DNA from: Camelus ferus | Taxonomy: Eukaryota | Assembly (NCBI RefSeq): GCF_009834535.1 | Contig: NC_045696.1 | Location: 18,850,001 to 18,914,000 of the forward strand | Direction of reading: 5' to 3' | Length of the DNA stretch: 64,000 nucleotides | Shown here: piece after piece, positions 24,777 to 38,019 of the stretch | Position numbering within the stretch: position 1 is the first letter of the stretch | Layout of the letters: each line of letters starts with the position of its first letter | Program-made: the position numbers and the translations under genes | The notes under the pieces: model-generated | Seen by the model: only the letters and a program-made list of their open reading frames with translations | Told to the model about the DNA's origin: nothing | Databases searched by the model: none

Positions 24777-26078
24777 CTTCTTTATCCATTCATCTGTTGA
24801 TGGGACAACTAGGTTGTTTCCATATCTTGACAATTATAAATAATACTTCTGTGAACATTGGGATGCATGTACCTTTTTGAATTAGTGTTTTTGTTTCTTT
24901 TGGGTGTATACCCAGGAATGGGATTGGTAGATCATATGGTAGTTCTGTTTTTAGTTTTTTAAGAAATCTCCGCACTGTTTTCCTAAAATGACTGGACCAA
25001 TTTACATTCCCACCAACAGTGTACAAATGTACCCTTTTCTCAACATCCTTGTCAACATTTGTTATTTGTATTCTTTTTGATGATAGCCATTCTGACGGGT
25101 TTGAGGAGCTATCTGATGGTGGTGTTGATTTGCATTTCTCCGATGATTAATGGTATTGAGCCTCTTTTCAGGTGCCGGTTGGCCATCTGCATTTCCCCTT
25201 TGGAAGAAATGTTTGTTCAGTTCTTTTGCCTATTTTTTAATTGGATTGTTTGCTTTTTGGTGTTGAGTTGTGTGAGCTGTTTATATATGTTGGATATTTA
25301 CCCCTTACCAGTCATATCATTTGCAAATATTTTCTCCCTTTCAGTAGGTTGTCTTTTTGTTTTATCAATGGTTGCCTTTGCTGTGCAAAAGCTTTTAGCT
25401 TTAACTAGGTCTCATTTGTTTATTTTTGCTTTTATTGCCTTTACTTTAGGAGACAGATCCAGAAAAATATTGCTTCAATTTATGCCAAAGAATGTTCTGC
25501 CTATGTTTTCCTCTAGAAGTTTTTTAGTATCTGATCTTACATTTAGGTCTTTAATCCATTTTGAGTTTATTTTTATATGGTGTAAATGAATATTCTAATT
25601 TCATTATTTTACAAGTAGCTGTTCAGTTTTCTCAGCATTACATACTGCAGAGGCTGTCTTTCTCCATTATGTATTCCTGCCTCCTTTATTGTAGTTAAAT
25701 TGGCCATTAGGGTATGGGTTTATTTCTGGGCTCTCTATCCTTTTGCATTGATCCATGTATCTCTTTTGGTACCAATGCCATACTGTTTTGATTACTGTAT
25801 CTTTGTAGTATACTCTGAAGTCCCGGAGTGTGATTCATCCAGCTCTGTTCTTCTTTCCCAATATTATTTTGGCTATTCAGGGTCTTTTGTGTTTCCATCC
25901 AAGTTTTAAAATTATTTGTTCTAGTTCTGTGAAAAATGCCATTGGTATTTTTGATAGGGATTTTACTGAGTCTGAAAATTGCCTTGGGTAGTATGGTCAC
26001 TTTAACAATATCAATTCTTCCAATCCAAGAACGCAGTGTATCTTTCCATCTGCTTGTGTCATCTTTAATTTCTTCCAA
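24240..26078 (-). mobile_element. 5'-truncated L1 (ORF2 C-terminus plus 3'UTR)
   Basis: Poly-T start; ORF 25707-26111(-) gives the ORF2 motif EEIKDDTSRWKD..SWIGRIDIVK.TILPKAI; ORF 24790-25026(-) gives ELPYDLPIPFLGIHP. Confidence 0.92.
24707..24776. repeat. (TG)n(TA)n microsatellite
   Basis: Directly visible dinucleotide runs inside the L1 3' region. Confidence 0.95.
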
Positions 26079-26377
26079 TATCTGAAGCCAGATAAATGTC
26101 AGTAGAGCCATTGGTGGATCTCAAGAAAACAGAATGGGCAATATTCTGGAGTCATAGGTAGTAACTATGAGACTAGTGATACAGTGTTTTGAACTTTCCT
26201 ATTGTTTATTTTTTTAAATGGTATAATGTTAGAGATTGTATTGATTTGATAATGGCTAAATGTTTAAATTCTCTCCCTCTCTCTCTTTCTCTCTCTATTT
26301 CCCAGAGAGAATTATAGTTTAAAAAAAAGGGGGAGGGTGAGTGGGGTCATCAGTTGAGTGGAAGTTTGATCAGATGT

Positions 26378-28900
26378 TGCAGTAGTGCACCTTAAACTGT
26401 TCATATCCCTGCATTCACATTTTCAGTTGGTCATACCCAAACTGACTAGGCTGGAATACACTTACTTGGCCCACTGATAATAGTATCCAATGTGACACAA
26501 TCAGAAACTGGAAAAAAGTGCTAAAATATTGGCTTCCCCTTGCTGTTTTTAGAATCTCTGACACAATGTCCATGAGCAGAATTCTGTAAGATCATTACAG
26601 AAATATAACCCCATTGTGTGAGGCACACTAGCTGATAACTGATGATTCCAGAAGCATAACCTACTACCTATTTTGTAGCTCACCACAGACCAAACATGTA
26701 AATGAGTTCACTCATGAGAAGACCCAACAAGTTGAGCCCAGTTCAAATTGCCAAATTGAGAGATTCATGATCAAAACCAGTGGTGGTTGTTTTAAGTCAC
26801 TAAATTTGGAGGGGAGTTTGAAATGCAGTCTTAGACAATGGATGTAGAAATTGGTATCTAGAAGGTAGACGCTATTGTAACAAAACCTAAAGTGAGTGAC
26901 ACTGGCTTTGCTACAAGATAGCAGACAGAGATTTGCTAGGTATTAAGGAGACTGTCATAGTAAGCAGGTAAAATGCTAATACATAGTGGTGAAACAATTG
27001 GAAAAACTTTGCTCCTGATACTTAGAAGATAAAAATGGACCATCTGAACTTTTGAATTTAAGCAATAAAAATCTCCAGACAAAGTATTCAAGAGGTAAGC
27101 TGCTTGCTTTTAAGTATGTCTGATAAAGTACAAAAAAAGAGATAAACTAAGCTAAGTAATGACCAGTTAGCAAGTAATATTTTAAAGAAATATAGAGACG
27201 GTAGGTTTTGATTAGCTAAAAATTGAAATTTTTTCTTCTAGTCCAGTTTATTCAGCATGAAAATTATTATTAGCTGAATTTCATTTCTTCCAAATTGACA
27301 TTTTGAAGTCCTAAGCCCAAGTACCTCAGAATGTGACTGTATTGGATGATAGGGTTATTAATAAGACATAATTAAGCTCAAATGAGGTCATTATGGTGGG
27401 CACTGATCCAATTTAACTGGTATCCTTATTTAAAAAAAAAAAAGAAATTTGGACACAGGCAATACAGAGGGAAAACCATGTGAAGACATAGGGAGAAGAT
27501 GGCTATTTGCAAGCCAGGGAGAGAGGCTTCAGAAGAAACCAACCCTGCTGGCTCTTTAGTCTCAGATTTTTAACCTCCAGGAGTGTGAGAAAAGAAAAAA
27601 TGTTATTTAAACCACTTAGCCTGTGGTACGTTGTTAGAGCAGACCTAGCAAGCTAAAACAAAGATGAAAAAATGAATAAAAGATTCTTAAACCAAAATAC
27701 AATCTAGTGGAATGTGTCTAATCAATGGCTTAGCTATGAAATTCTTCTGTTAAATCTCCAAAAGAATTAAATCAGGACTCCTTAGTGACTCTCAGTTAGA
27801 CAGTAATTTTCTAGACCTCTTGACAGATTTGATCCACTGTAGATTAAATCTCCAATGTACCAGTTACTAGAGTTACGCCAACAAACATTTGACTGTTCCT
27901 ATGAAGAGGTATTGAGACTGTTCAAAGTGAAAAACGTGTCTAGTTCTCCATCTCTGTGAGGAGGAAATAGGTTACAAACGTTGCTCTAAGGGCTATTTTC
28001 CAATGACCTATCCTGAAATTAGGTAAGAAGGATGAAAAAGGAAATCTTGGAGGTTAGAGCCAAGAATCATGAAGAAAATCTGGAAACAACAGGGCCTGAT
28101 CAAGGAGCATCCTTTTCTTTCAAGTTGGCAACTATGACATTATTTGCCCACTTTGATTTCAGAATTGCTATGGGTCAGGAATGCATATGGTTCCTTTTTT
28201 TTTTTTTTTTTTTTTGTCCTCCTCAAATTGAGCATTTCCTGTGATTACTCCATCTTTGTATCATCATCATAAGTTATATTTACATAGAGCCGATACCATG
28301 TCTTTTCAGTGTGGTGTCTGAGTATGATAGCCTATCATTAGATTCAGGACTGTAAGTCCAGTGCTTTGCTTAAGGGAGAATTTTGGTGTTTTTGTGAGAA
28401 AGTGAGTATACTTTACCAGTGGGAGAAAGGTGAATTCTTGGTGCTAGAGGCCGACTATACTAGATCATCAGAGTAACAGCCTCTAGTTTATTCATGCTTT
28501 CCTGTATGTACTATGTGGGTTGTGCCTTACATGTTAAATATGGGCTTTCCCATCTAATCTGATTTGAACAATGAGACAGTAGTAAACATGGCATAAGCAG
28601 AGATTTGAGACATGCTTATGTTTTGGGTCCTGTCTTATATGTTGATGTTCCTAAAACCTGTTCTATAAGGTCCTATAAGCACCATGTGATGATAACCAGG
28701 TTGATTTGCTAAATGAAGAGAGACCATTGGCCCAGTACCTCTTGTCATTTTAGTCAAAAGTTAGAAATTGAGCCCTTGAATTGGCCAGCAACTTACCATT
28801 GTGTGGGTGAGCCCAGTTGAGACTAGTAGCCTAAACTACCAAACCACGGAATTGTGAATTAAATTAATGTTATTTCAAGGCAGTACATTTTGGTGGAATT
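26378..28900 (+). mobile_element. Near-complete ancient MaLR provirus (MLT1G/H-like LTR-int-LTR)
   Basis: 5' LTR ~26378-26846 ends gttgttttaagtcactaaatttgg...; internal starts gaaattggtatctagaag...gtaacaaaacctaaa and ends gtgagtatacttt...gctagaggccgac (28455); 3' LTR ~28456-28900. Confidence 0.72.
27265..27660 (+). mobile_element. MLT1B-like solo LTR nested in the MaLR internal region
   Basis: gtacctcagaatgtgactgtatt, ccatgtgaagacatagggagaagatggc, cagaagaaaccaaccctgc; 5-bp TSD aaaat/aagat (1 mismatch). Confidence 0.85.
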
Positions 28901-30466
28901 CAGTGGGTAGGAGAGAGGAATTGATAATGTTTGGAGAAGAGAAGATATAAAGCACTTACCTTATGTATTAAATAATTTAAATAATTGATAATTTTATTAC
29001 ATTAAATATATTAGTTTTTTATTGTGGAAAGCAACATTATTAACAGAAAAATAAGTTTTACTTTGAAAAAATTGGGGAAAGTAAACATTTGTCTTAATAT
29101 GTCCTGAGCATCATTCAAGATTAAATTTAAATAAATGTTGTACTAAAATCTTTAAAATTTATACTGCTTTAAAATATAGTTAACTTAAAAACATTTCTTT
29201 CTATAATATCAACTTAAAATGATGAAATACTTTAAGGAGGTTTAAAAGATTACACATTATTGGAAAAGGTTTTATTAGGTCAAAATGTATTGGAGAAGAG
29301 CACAAAAGACATGTATTTTATTCCGAGCTCTGCTTTTAGACTCTCTGCATTTGTTCATTCATTTGTAAAATTAGGTAGTTAAGTAGACATTTCCTACCTT
29401 TGTAGCATTATTTTTCTTGTATTTTTTAATGAGATAAATTATGTTTATCTCAAGCATATGTGTTGTTTAAAAAGAAATATTGTAAGTAAATATGCTATAT
29501 TAGTTTATGGAAGACAAATACATTCAAACAGCCATCAAGTATTATTTCATGGTTGGTAAATAACCTTGTAAGACAAATTAACAAAAATAGGATGAAGGGA
29601 GAGATACTTATTTTACTTGTCTCAGTTTTTAATTAACCATGATAATCGTAATAGGAATATTCACCTTCATTAATGTAGTACCCACCCTCCCACAGACTCA
29701 CACTTATGTGGACACATATATACACATAAATTCAAGTTGAACGACAAGAATAATTAACAAAGTCTAAGATAGTTTAATTAATGAGCCGCGGTCTCAGCAC
29801 CAATTCTGAAAGTTAATGAGTGAATGGATCCACTGTGTTGTGCTACTCTGTGTTTTCTTTAAAAGGACAGAATCATGGGAGTCTGCTTACATTCTGTTCT
29901 ACTCTGTATCTCATTAATTTAGCTGTAAGCAGGTACCACCCGACACTCTCTATAGAGATACGCTTTTATACCATCTATGCTTAGTTAACCTGAAAAATAG
30001 TTAATGTTCCAGCCCACTTAAAAAGAGAAAGTTCAAGTGGAAACAAATCCTAAACAATTTGTTCCTGTTCTTAAAAACAAAATGTATCTGAATGTGAAGT
30101 TCAAATAACACACATTGTTTAGTGTGCATAACCTTTTATAGTAGATATCACATCTATGCTTTCTCTTAATTTATTTCTACTTTAGAGACAAGACCTAAGA
30201 TCCCAGAGAAGGTTAGCTTTCTCTATATAAGACTGAAGGTTATCTAGCTTATAATTGGCAGTATTGGATCTGTTCATGACGTTCTGAATCAGTCTGTATT
30301 GCCCCTTTTCTCTATGTGATGGAAAATATATATGTATATGACATTTGTCTACCAAATTAAACAAGCAGAATTTCAAGCATGAAATATGCATATGCTAATA
30401 GTGCATTCATTTACTATATTTCCTGATTTTCTTGTTTGTAATGAGTTTATCTAGGAATACACTTTT

Positions 30467-31555
30467 TTTATTGAAGTATAGTCAGTTACAATGAGGTAGT
30501 TTCTGGTGTACAGTACAATGTCCCAGTCATGCATATACATACACACATTGATTTTCATATTCTGTTTCATTAAAGGTTATTACAAGATAATGACTATAGT
30601 TCCCTGTGCTATACAGAAGAATATTTTTTTCAAATCCATTTTTATATATAGTGACTAACATTTGCAAATCTCACACTCCCAAATTTATCTCTTCCCACCC
30701 CTTGTCTCCTGGTAGCCATAAGATTGTTTACTATGTCTATGAGTCTTTCTGTTTTGTAGATGAGTTCATTAGTGTCCTCTTTTTTTCCCCTTTTTTTTTT
30801 TTTTTAGATTCTACATGTGAATGAATTCATATGGTATTTTTCTTTCTCTTTCTGGTTTACTTCACTTAGAACGACGATCTCCAGGTCCATCCATGTTGCT
30901 GCACATGGCATTATTTTATTCTTTTTTATGGCTGAGTGGTGTTCCCTTTTATAAATATACCACAACTTCTTTATCCAGTCATCTGTCAATGAACATAAAA
31001 CAAAATGACAACCCATGGAATGGGAGAAAATATTTGCAAATGGTGCGACTGACAAAGGCTTAATTTCCAGAATACATAAACAGCTCAGACAAATTAATAA
31101 CAAAAAAACAAAAAAGCCAATCCAAAAATGGGAAGAAGACCTAAACAAGAAATTCTCCAATGAAGACTTGCAAATGGCCAATAGGCACATGAAAAAATGC
31201 TCAATATCACTAATTATCAGAGAAGTGCAAATCAAAACTACAATAAAATATCACTTCACACTGGTCAGAATGGCCATCATTCAAAAGTCTACAAATGGTA
31301 ACTGCTGGGTAGGCTGTGGAGAAAAGGGAACCCTCCTACACTGTTGGTGGGAATGTAGTTTGGTGCAGCCATTATGGAAAACAGTATGGAGATTCCTCAA
31401 AAAACTAAAAACAGACTGACCATATGATCCAGCAGTCCCACTCCTGGGCATTTATCTGGAGGGAACTCTGATACATGTACCCCAGTGTTCACAGCAGCAC
31501 TGTATACAATAGCTAAGACATGGAAACAACCTAAATGTCCATCGACAGTTGACTT
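30467..31555 (-). mobile_element. 5'-inverted (twin-primed) L1
   Basis: 30467-~30996 antisense 3' end with poly-T; ~30997-31555 sense ORF2 C-terminus (ORF 31015-31419: MEWEKIFAN...[18 protein letters not shown]); TSD gaat(a/t)cactttt at 30455-30466 and 31556-31567. Confidence 0.88.
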
Positions 31556-32419
31556 GAATTCACTTTTATTTTACCCTCAGATATGTGTTTCATTTGTAGA
31601 AATTTCAATTTGTAAAATAATTTTCACAAGTCATTTCTTCATCCTCTATGAGACACCTGACCCATCATAATCTTCTAACACAAAAGTGTGATTCCTGACA
31701 GTGCTAACTGTAGATAGCTAAGTGACATATTTTCTAGCCATGGATCTAATGAAACCTCTCAAATTAAATCACAGAGTCTTATTTATTTAGACTATATATG
31801 ATGATTTATTTTTTTTAACCAATTTCCAGTTAAAATTCTTATAAACAATTATAAGAAGAATGGATTTAAAATTTCCAATGACTTCTGTAAAAATTTTGTG
31901 ACCATTGATTTTAGATTTTAAATAAATTCGCTTTGTAAAAGTGACTCAATCACCAGAGCTCTCTCCAGATAGTAACAGCTATCATTCTTACTGTGTTCCT
32001 AGTATTAAATCAAATAGTGGCACGGCATTACCTACTGCCTTCCAAATATCCATTCTCTCCTTCCTCCTTTTTAAATTCAATGTTGGACAGACCATGGGCT
32101 CATCTGAAAATATTCACGCCAAGCTCCATTGTCCATTATGGTGCATTTGCTATGTGTAGAGTTCCAGTCGAGGGCTAAATGGTTCTGATAGAGCATTTAC
32201 TTTCGTGATACAGGCATTTTTGTCTAATTCTCCTTCTTTCTTTCTGAAACATGGAGATGTATAGCCATCCAGAAATCATGACTTTATGATCATGAGTATG
32301 AAAGTTAACCTAGAAAGATGAAGCATGGAGCTGGAGCTCAATTTTACAGTGTTTGTAGGGTTTCGTAGGCCTGTAGAGTTTTCTCTTAATTGTTGCTAAT
32401 TAATAGAGCTAAGGATATC

Positions 32420-32545
32420 TTTTTACATTTATCCTCACAAAACAACATGCGTTAGATATTTTACTACCAGTAATTTGCACATGAAAGAAAAAATAAATCA
32501 AAGAAAAGTTAATCATTTAAGTTGCACCCTGAAAGTGGTTGAAAT
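32420..32545 (-). mobile_element. MIR fragment
   Basis: catttatcctcacaaaacaac...atttgcacatgaaagaaa...aaagttaatcattt. Confidence 0.45.
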
Positions 32546-32954
32546 GGAAATTATACATACACATATAAAATATATTTATATACAAATATATAAACATTTT
32601 CTACATTATATTTACATATAAAATTATGTATATGTTTGCACACAAAAACACATAACATTATGATTCCAAACAAAAGTCAACTGACTTTTATAATTTTTCT
32701 TCATTCATCTCCCAAGAGGGAGAAAAAAAAAAGTTTTTGTGGTCTTTAATGCAGAGTATTTGAAAGCAAGAGGTTAGGAGAATCATAGATTTGTGTAACT
32801 ATGTAGCTGGGAAATATGAACTCTAACAGGGTCAAATTATACATGTACATATATATCAAATAAGCAAACATCTAAGATATGACATAAGAGGGGTTATGCC
32901 CAAATGTCAGTGTGCCAGTTACTCGTAACCAGCGCACGAATTGGACAGTGTGTA

Positions 32955-33160
32955 GACTGTTTAGCAGCACGGGCTTAGAAGCTAGGATAATTTCTTTAAA
33001 AATTCCATCTCTATAGCGTACCTTCCCTGAATTAACCTCTAGGTTAGCACTACTAAATCACTTTTGCTCCGATTCCTCATATGCAAAATGGAATTAATTA
33101 GAATATTCATCACATGGCGGTTGGGAAAAGTAAAATGAGCTCATATATATGTAAAAATGA
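32955..33160 (+). mobile_element. MIR SINE
   Basis: agcacgggcttagaagctag...ttcctcatatgcaaaatgg...gttgggaaaagtaaaatgag. Confidence 0.65.
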
Positions 33161-34248
33161 CTTATTAAAACCTGTAAAATTATGGATTGAAAATGTTCAC
33201 TTAATTACATATTTCACAATATATTCTTTAAAACTCTAATATGTGGAAATATTAATAAATGCTTTTAAAGGAAACTAAAAAGGTTCTGGGGCAAAATGAT
33301 CATGACAAATACATGGTGAAATAGTTAAATGTATGTAGTTTGTGGCATTGCCCCAAATGATTAGATTGTACATTCGTTTTTATCCTGTAACAGACATACC
33401 AGTGTAGGAGCACTGGTGTTTCTTTAGAAAGTAAAGATTCACTGGTAAAAAGCACAGTAAGGAATACTTCCATCTGTGACAGAATATATGTTGGTCAAAT
33501 TATTCTTCCTGAGGTCCCCCTTCAGAGGAAGATAGAGTACTTCTCTACAACTCTCTCCAAAATGTTTAAGAATAGAACTTCTTGGCTTGTGGGAACTGAA
33601 ATTTGTGGTAATAGCACAGGAAATGTTTGATTTGCCTACATGTAAAGTGTTTTAGCTCTTTTTTAAACATCAGCTGTCAAAGTACATTTTAATTGGTTGG
33701 ATAGTGATTTCAAAATGAATGCCTAAGTTACAAAAATAAATAATTCAGGCATGATATTTGAATAAAAAGAGCTTTAAAAACAACCAAGTCGAGGGCAAGA
33801 GGATTATTTTAATCATTTCATCAAGTCATGTATTCTCTTAGAGAAGGAGCCAATTAAATGTGAAGTTACAATGATCTACTTGACACATAAAAAATTGAGT
33901 TTATCTATTTCACAATATTTATTTTTGGTTATAACCAAGTATGAAGTTTTGTTTAAAAAAAATAGGCTGAGAGATCACCTATAATTTGTAACATTAAAAT
34001 CCATGCTATATATTTCTAAAGAAAGACATTTTTTATTAATATGTAAGAATTATAGAATTTTAAATATTAAAGTTTAATGAAGTTTCTGTGTGTCAGGACT
34101 TTTCCTCTATTCTGCAAATTTTAATAATACAAAATAAATAATGTGACTAATAAAAAATAATTATTCCCCTCCAGATAATTCACTACAAGGTAATAGTAAC
34201 TAGTTTTATGTAGCCTTGGTCTTCATAAAGGATCATTAGATAAATTTG

Positions 34249-34410
34249 TACCGAATTCAGTTATAATCACCTATATCCTCATTGGTTGTTAGCATCACTT
34301 ACAAGACTTCAAATGAGTGCAGATTCACGTTACACTCATTTACTAGATGTGTAAGAATGGAAACTGTAATTATTATGATCAACAAAAGGTGGTTATAACA
34401 GATTTACGGA
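34249..34410. repeat. Degenerate ~160-bp palindrome (probable ancient MITE)
   Basis: Outer arms taccgaattcagttataatcacct / aggtggttataacagatttacgga; inner arms cttaca..aaatgagtgcag / ttacactcattt..tgtaag around the same centre. Confidence 0.7.
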
Positions 34411-35242
34411 ACTTAATAGAATGTAGAAATTCTATAATCTCAGTACCCAAATGGATGTTCAGAACCCTAGAGATCCATGAATATGGAACTTTTCAAGCTA
34501 CTTTCACTATTTCCATATTAAAACAACTCAATGAAGGTATTTACTAAACAGGACTTCTGAATAGTTTGTGATAATTGGTGCAATTATACTGAAATGTAAA
34601 ATTCTAATCAAAAGCAAATAAAAACATACTTGAATTTGCAGTGTTCACATGTATAATGTATATCCTAATTCACTGGAAAAAAAATAAGTTGATCTATTCT
34701 TAAATTCAAAAATAAAATTTGTGATTATTTGATATCTTAAGAAAGAACAAATTTAGAGATCAGTGTTCTTCACTATTGTGAAGTTTTATGAACTCAGAAA
34801 TTGTATTTTTAAAATGCTAACTTTTTGGAAAAAAAAGTAACTTTATTTCCCCCCAATGACAGGGTATGTATCAGCAATTTCTGAAAGCTTGAACTGCAAC
34901 AGTTAGTTACAAAATTACCTATGACATCTTCTCTGAGTCAGGAGTTTTCAGCAATGAAATAATTATCTTGTCAGTGCTGTGACAACGGAAATGGTTTTTA
35001 CCCTAGAGGAAAGAGCAAAGAAATTGTTCTCTTTCTAAAAGCCTTAGGACTAATCTTAAAGATATACTTATTACCTCAAAACTCATTGAGTGAAATCTAA
35101 ACAAAATGTGAAAGTCACATTTTTATCAGTGTAGCTTTGAAATATTGATTCTATATATTAATACTATCTTAGTTGATGGTAAGTTAAGCTTTCAGATTTA
35201 CTTGTTTATCATATTAAAGCCAAAGGCCATCAGAAACATATT

Positions 35243-35701
35243 TGTAATAAAAAGTAATTGGATTATTGTGCATGGAGCAGCAAGGGAGAATGCTCTGTGG
35301 AAGAACTCTGGGCAACCCTAAAGGACGTAGTGGAAGGAAGTTGTTATCTTTAAACTAGGCAAGCTGCTGTAAGGCCAGATTGTCAGCAGTTTTATTTGAA
35401 ACACATAGGTATGAAAGAGCTGTGAGTTTCTGTTATTGCTTATTTCTTATTTGTTTTTATTTAAGTATAGTAGATGTATAGTATTGTGTTAGTTTCAAAT
35501 GCACAGCATAGTGATTCAGTGTTTTTGCAGATTATGTTTCATTGTAGGTTGTTACAAAATCTGGTTTTAAGAGTTCAGTCTTTGATAGTCTGTGATGCAC
35601 ATCATGGATTAGTTTGTTATGGTTTAATCTGTTTTGAGAGTCAGGGTGTAGTTCTATTTGACAATTGTGGTTTTTCATTCAATCCTCTGTTGCCTTTCAC
35701 A
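35243..35701 (-). mobile_element. Possible ancient LTR containing a short L1 tail
   Basis: TG...CA-bounded unit (tgtaat...ttcaca) with LTR-like composition; family not recognised with confidence. Confidence 0.3.
35450..35560 (-). mobile_element. Very short L1 3' terminus
   Basis: tttaagtatagtagatgtatagtattgtgttagtttcaaatgcacagcatagtgattcag...cattgtaggttgttacaa. Confidence 0.75.
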
Positions 35702-36086
35702 GTCCTATTGCCAGCAGATCCAATTCTCACTTGTTTCTGCCATGCTCTTTCATAATCCTCTAACTGAAGCTGATGGATAAATCATTATTTTTTGAAGATC
35801 TAAAAAATCCAGATCTGCATTGCAATTCAAAGCTCTTAATCATGTATCATGTTTTTACTCGCTCTTGTTTTGATCTTTATCAGCACCTGACTTCATTTTT
35901 ATTTCTGTTGGAGGATCATATTTTGAATCATCTGGCTTGATAGCATTTGTTTGTGACTCAAACAAGGGTTGTTATTTAAGTTTTCAACATGGCTCACATT
36001 AGCTATAATCTATTTAGATCTTCTTTATATCCAAGTGATATTTCACTTTGATTTGGTATCAGTTGTTTAATTTGCCACATTATCAA

Positions 36087-36128
36087 CAAAACAAAACAAA
36101 ACAAAACAAAACAAAACAAAACAAAACA
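36087..36128. repeat. (CAAAA)8 pentanucleotide microsatellite
   Basis: Directly visible perfect repeat. Confidence 0.95.
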
Positions 36129-38019
36129 GTCCCAATCTAGTGAATGTCAACTAGAAGAATCTGGAGTCCCATGAGGAAAGGGCAGGGATGTCAACTAATA
36201 TGACAGAACCTTGACACTTCGCAAAGGGAAATGGTGTAAAAGTCAAATAACAAAAAGGAAAAAGAGAGAGTGAGGCAATCTGAGGAGTCTTTTCCCAGTG
36301 ACCTTGAATATGACCTTGGGTAAAGCGGTCTACTTCTTAATACTTCTTCCCCCTCTAAAGATCCAAGGTTGTTTGTGAAACGTTAGGTTCTAGAGATTTT
36401 CTAGAAAAATGGAGTTAGTTTTACTGTTCAGATGTTAGCATTCCCTGATAAGTTTCTCTCTACTGAACTTCAAGCTCATTTTGTCTCTAGAGTTATTTCC
36501 AAAGTACTCAGTAGCCAAGTTTAAGATCATACAGGGAGGGGCTGGCTAGGCTTGTGAGGAATGGTGATCCATTCTTCTTGGTAAGTGGTAAGTCTGAGCA
36601 GCTTTAGAAGTTTTATCACTTTGTCAGAATGGGAGGGAACTGAATCCTCTAGTGGGGCATCAGACAACATGTAAGATTAAATCTGTAGATGTTGAATCTG
36701 TGGAATAAATTATACTATCAATATTTCTAATGTATAAGCATATTCAATAAAGAGTATTTTTAGATAGTATTTAACCTATCTTTGCATATAAAATTGAGTA
36801 TACTTCTTGTAGCCAAAGAATACATTTTAACTAAACTTTGACTAAGGTTTCCTTTAACCAAAGGACATAATCATTTTAACATAGTTATAGTAATATTAAT
36901 GTATTTGAAATATATGTAATTAATCTAGGATTTTCTATTTCAAAAATGTCTGGTTTTATTCTTTTTTGTCATAATTCAGTAAACAAAGGAACCCCCAAAA
37001 GGCCTTTGCATTTCTGAGATACGTAACATTTGGAGAGTGCCCAGCATATTTAACCATTCTTAATGTAATTCCTTTTATAAACTGAAGTAACAAAACTTTG
37101 CTTCACCTAATACCTATTCAGGAACCCCAAAGATTTTTAGGTGTGAAAGATGTGCTGACATTTTTACTATTCTGCATTCAGGGCCTGAATTTGGGAAAGG
37201 CAAAATGCAGACAAGACACTGTGGTCAGAGGAGATAGATGTACTTAAGGCAAGAGTTACACTGTGATATTTTAAAAATATAGCAGTAAATGACAATGATT
37301 ATTAGAAAATGAAACTTTAAAAATGGAACTTCAATCAAAGTTATTTTAAAGTATGTAAAAAACAAAGTGTTAGTGTATTTTAGCAATTGAAAGAATTACT
37401 TCTCCCTGAAGACAGGATGACTTGTTCATTTTTAACAGGAAAAAAACCCCTAGTTTTCCACTTTTTTCATTACCATCCATGTTAACAATTTGTAGTAAAG
37501 TATTTATAAGCCTTTTTCCTTACCCATCATAATTAACTATTTTTAATTTAACTGAATTTAATTTTTCCTCATAAACTCAGCATTTATAGGTATTATAAAA
37601 ATAAGCAAATTAGAACACTTCTATTCAGATATTATCCCTTAATAGGATACTGTCCAATATATCTTTTAATGTCTTCTTTTATAGTCTAGAACAATGAAAG
37701 CATTTCTCACTTTAGGAAAATTATTTCTCACTTTTTAATAAACAAAAGATAAGGAACTTTCAGAATTATATTACCATAATGTTTATTTTTTACATTCTTT
37801 TAAATAGCATATGCATTAATATAACTTAAACTTATATATGTCCATTTAATATAATGTATTAAATAAAACTACAGGCATATAAAAATTATGTTGTCTAGAT
37901 ATCCAGAAGTAAGTGGTCAATTAATATTTTACTTTAAGGTCTTAGAGTTAATTATATTGAACTTACTCTGTAAGGTGGCTTTAAATCCTCCTTGTTTGTA
38001 GTATTATAAGAATTTATTT

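Noticed and set aside
25059..25589. 176-aa hydrophobic ORF (similarly 30804-31235, 43589-44023, 60769-61032)
   Set aside because: Antisense frames of L1 ORF2; T-richness mimics membrane proteins.
36480..36595. Acceptor plus double GTAAGT donor (also isolated donors near 48046 on + and 50625 on -)
   Set aside because: All frames closed or acceptor weak; isolated donor matches are common in mammalian DNA.
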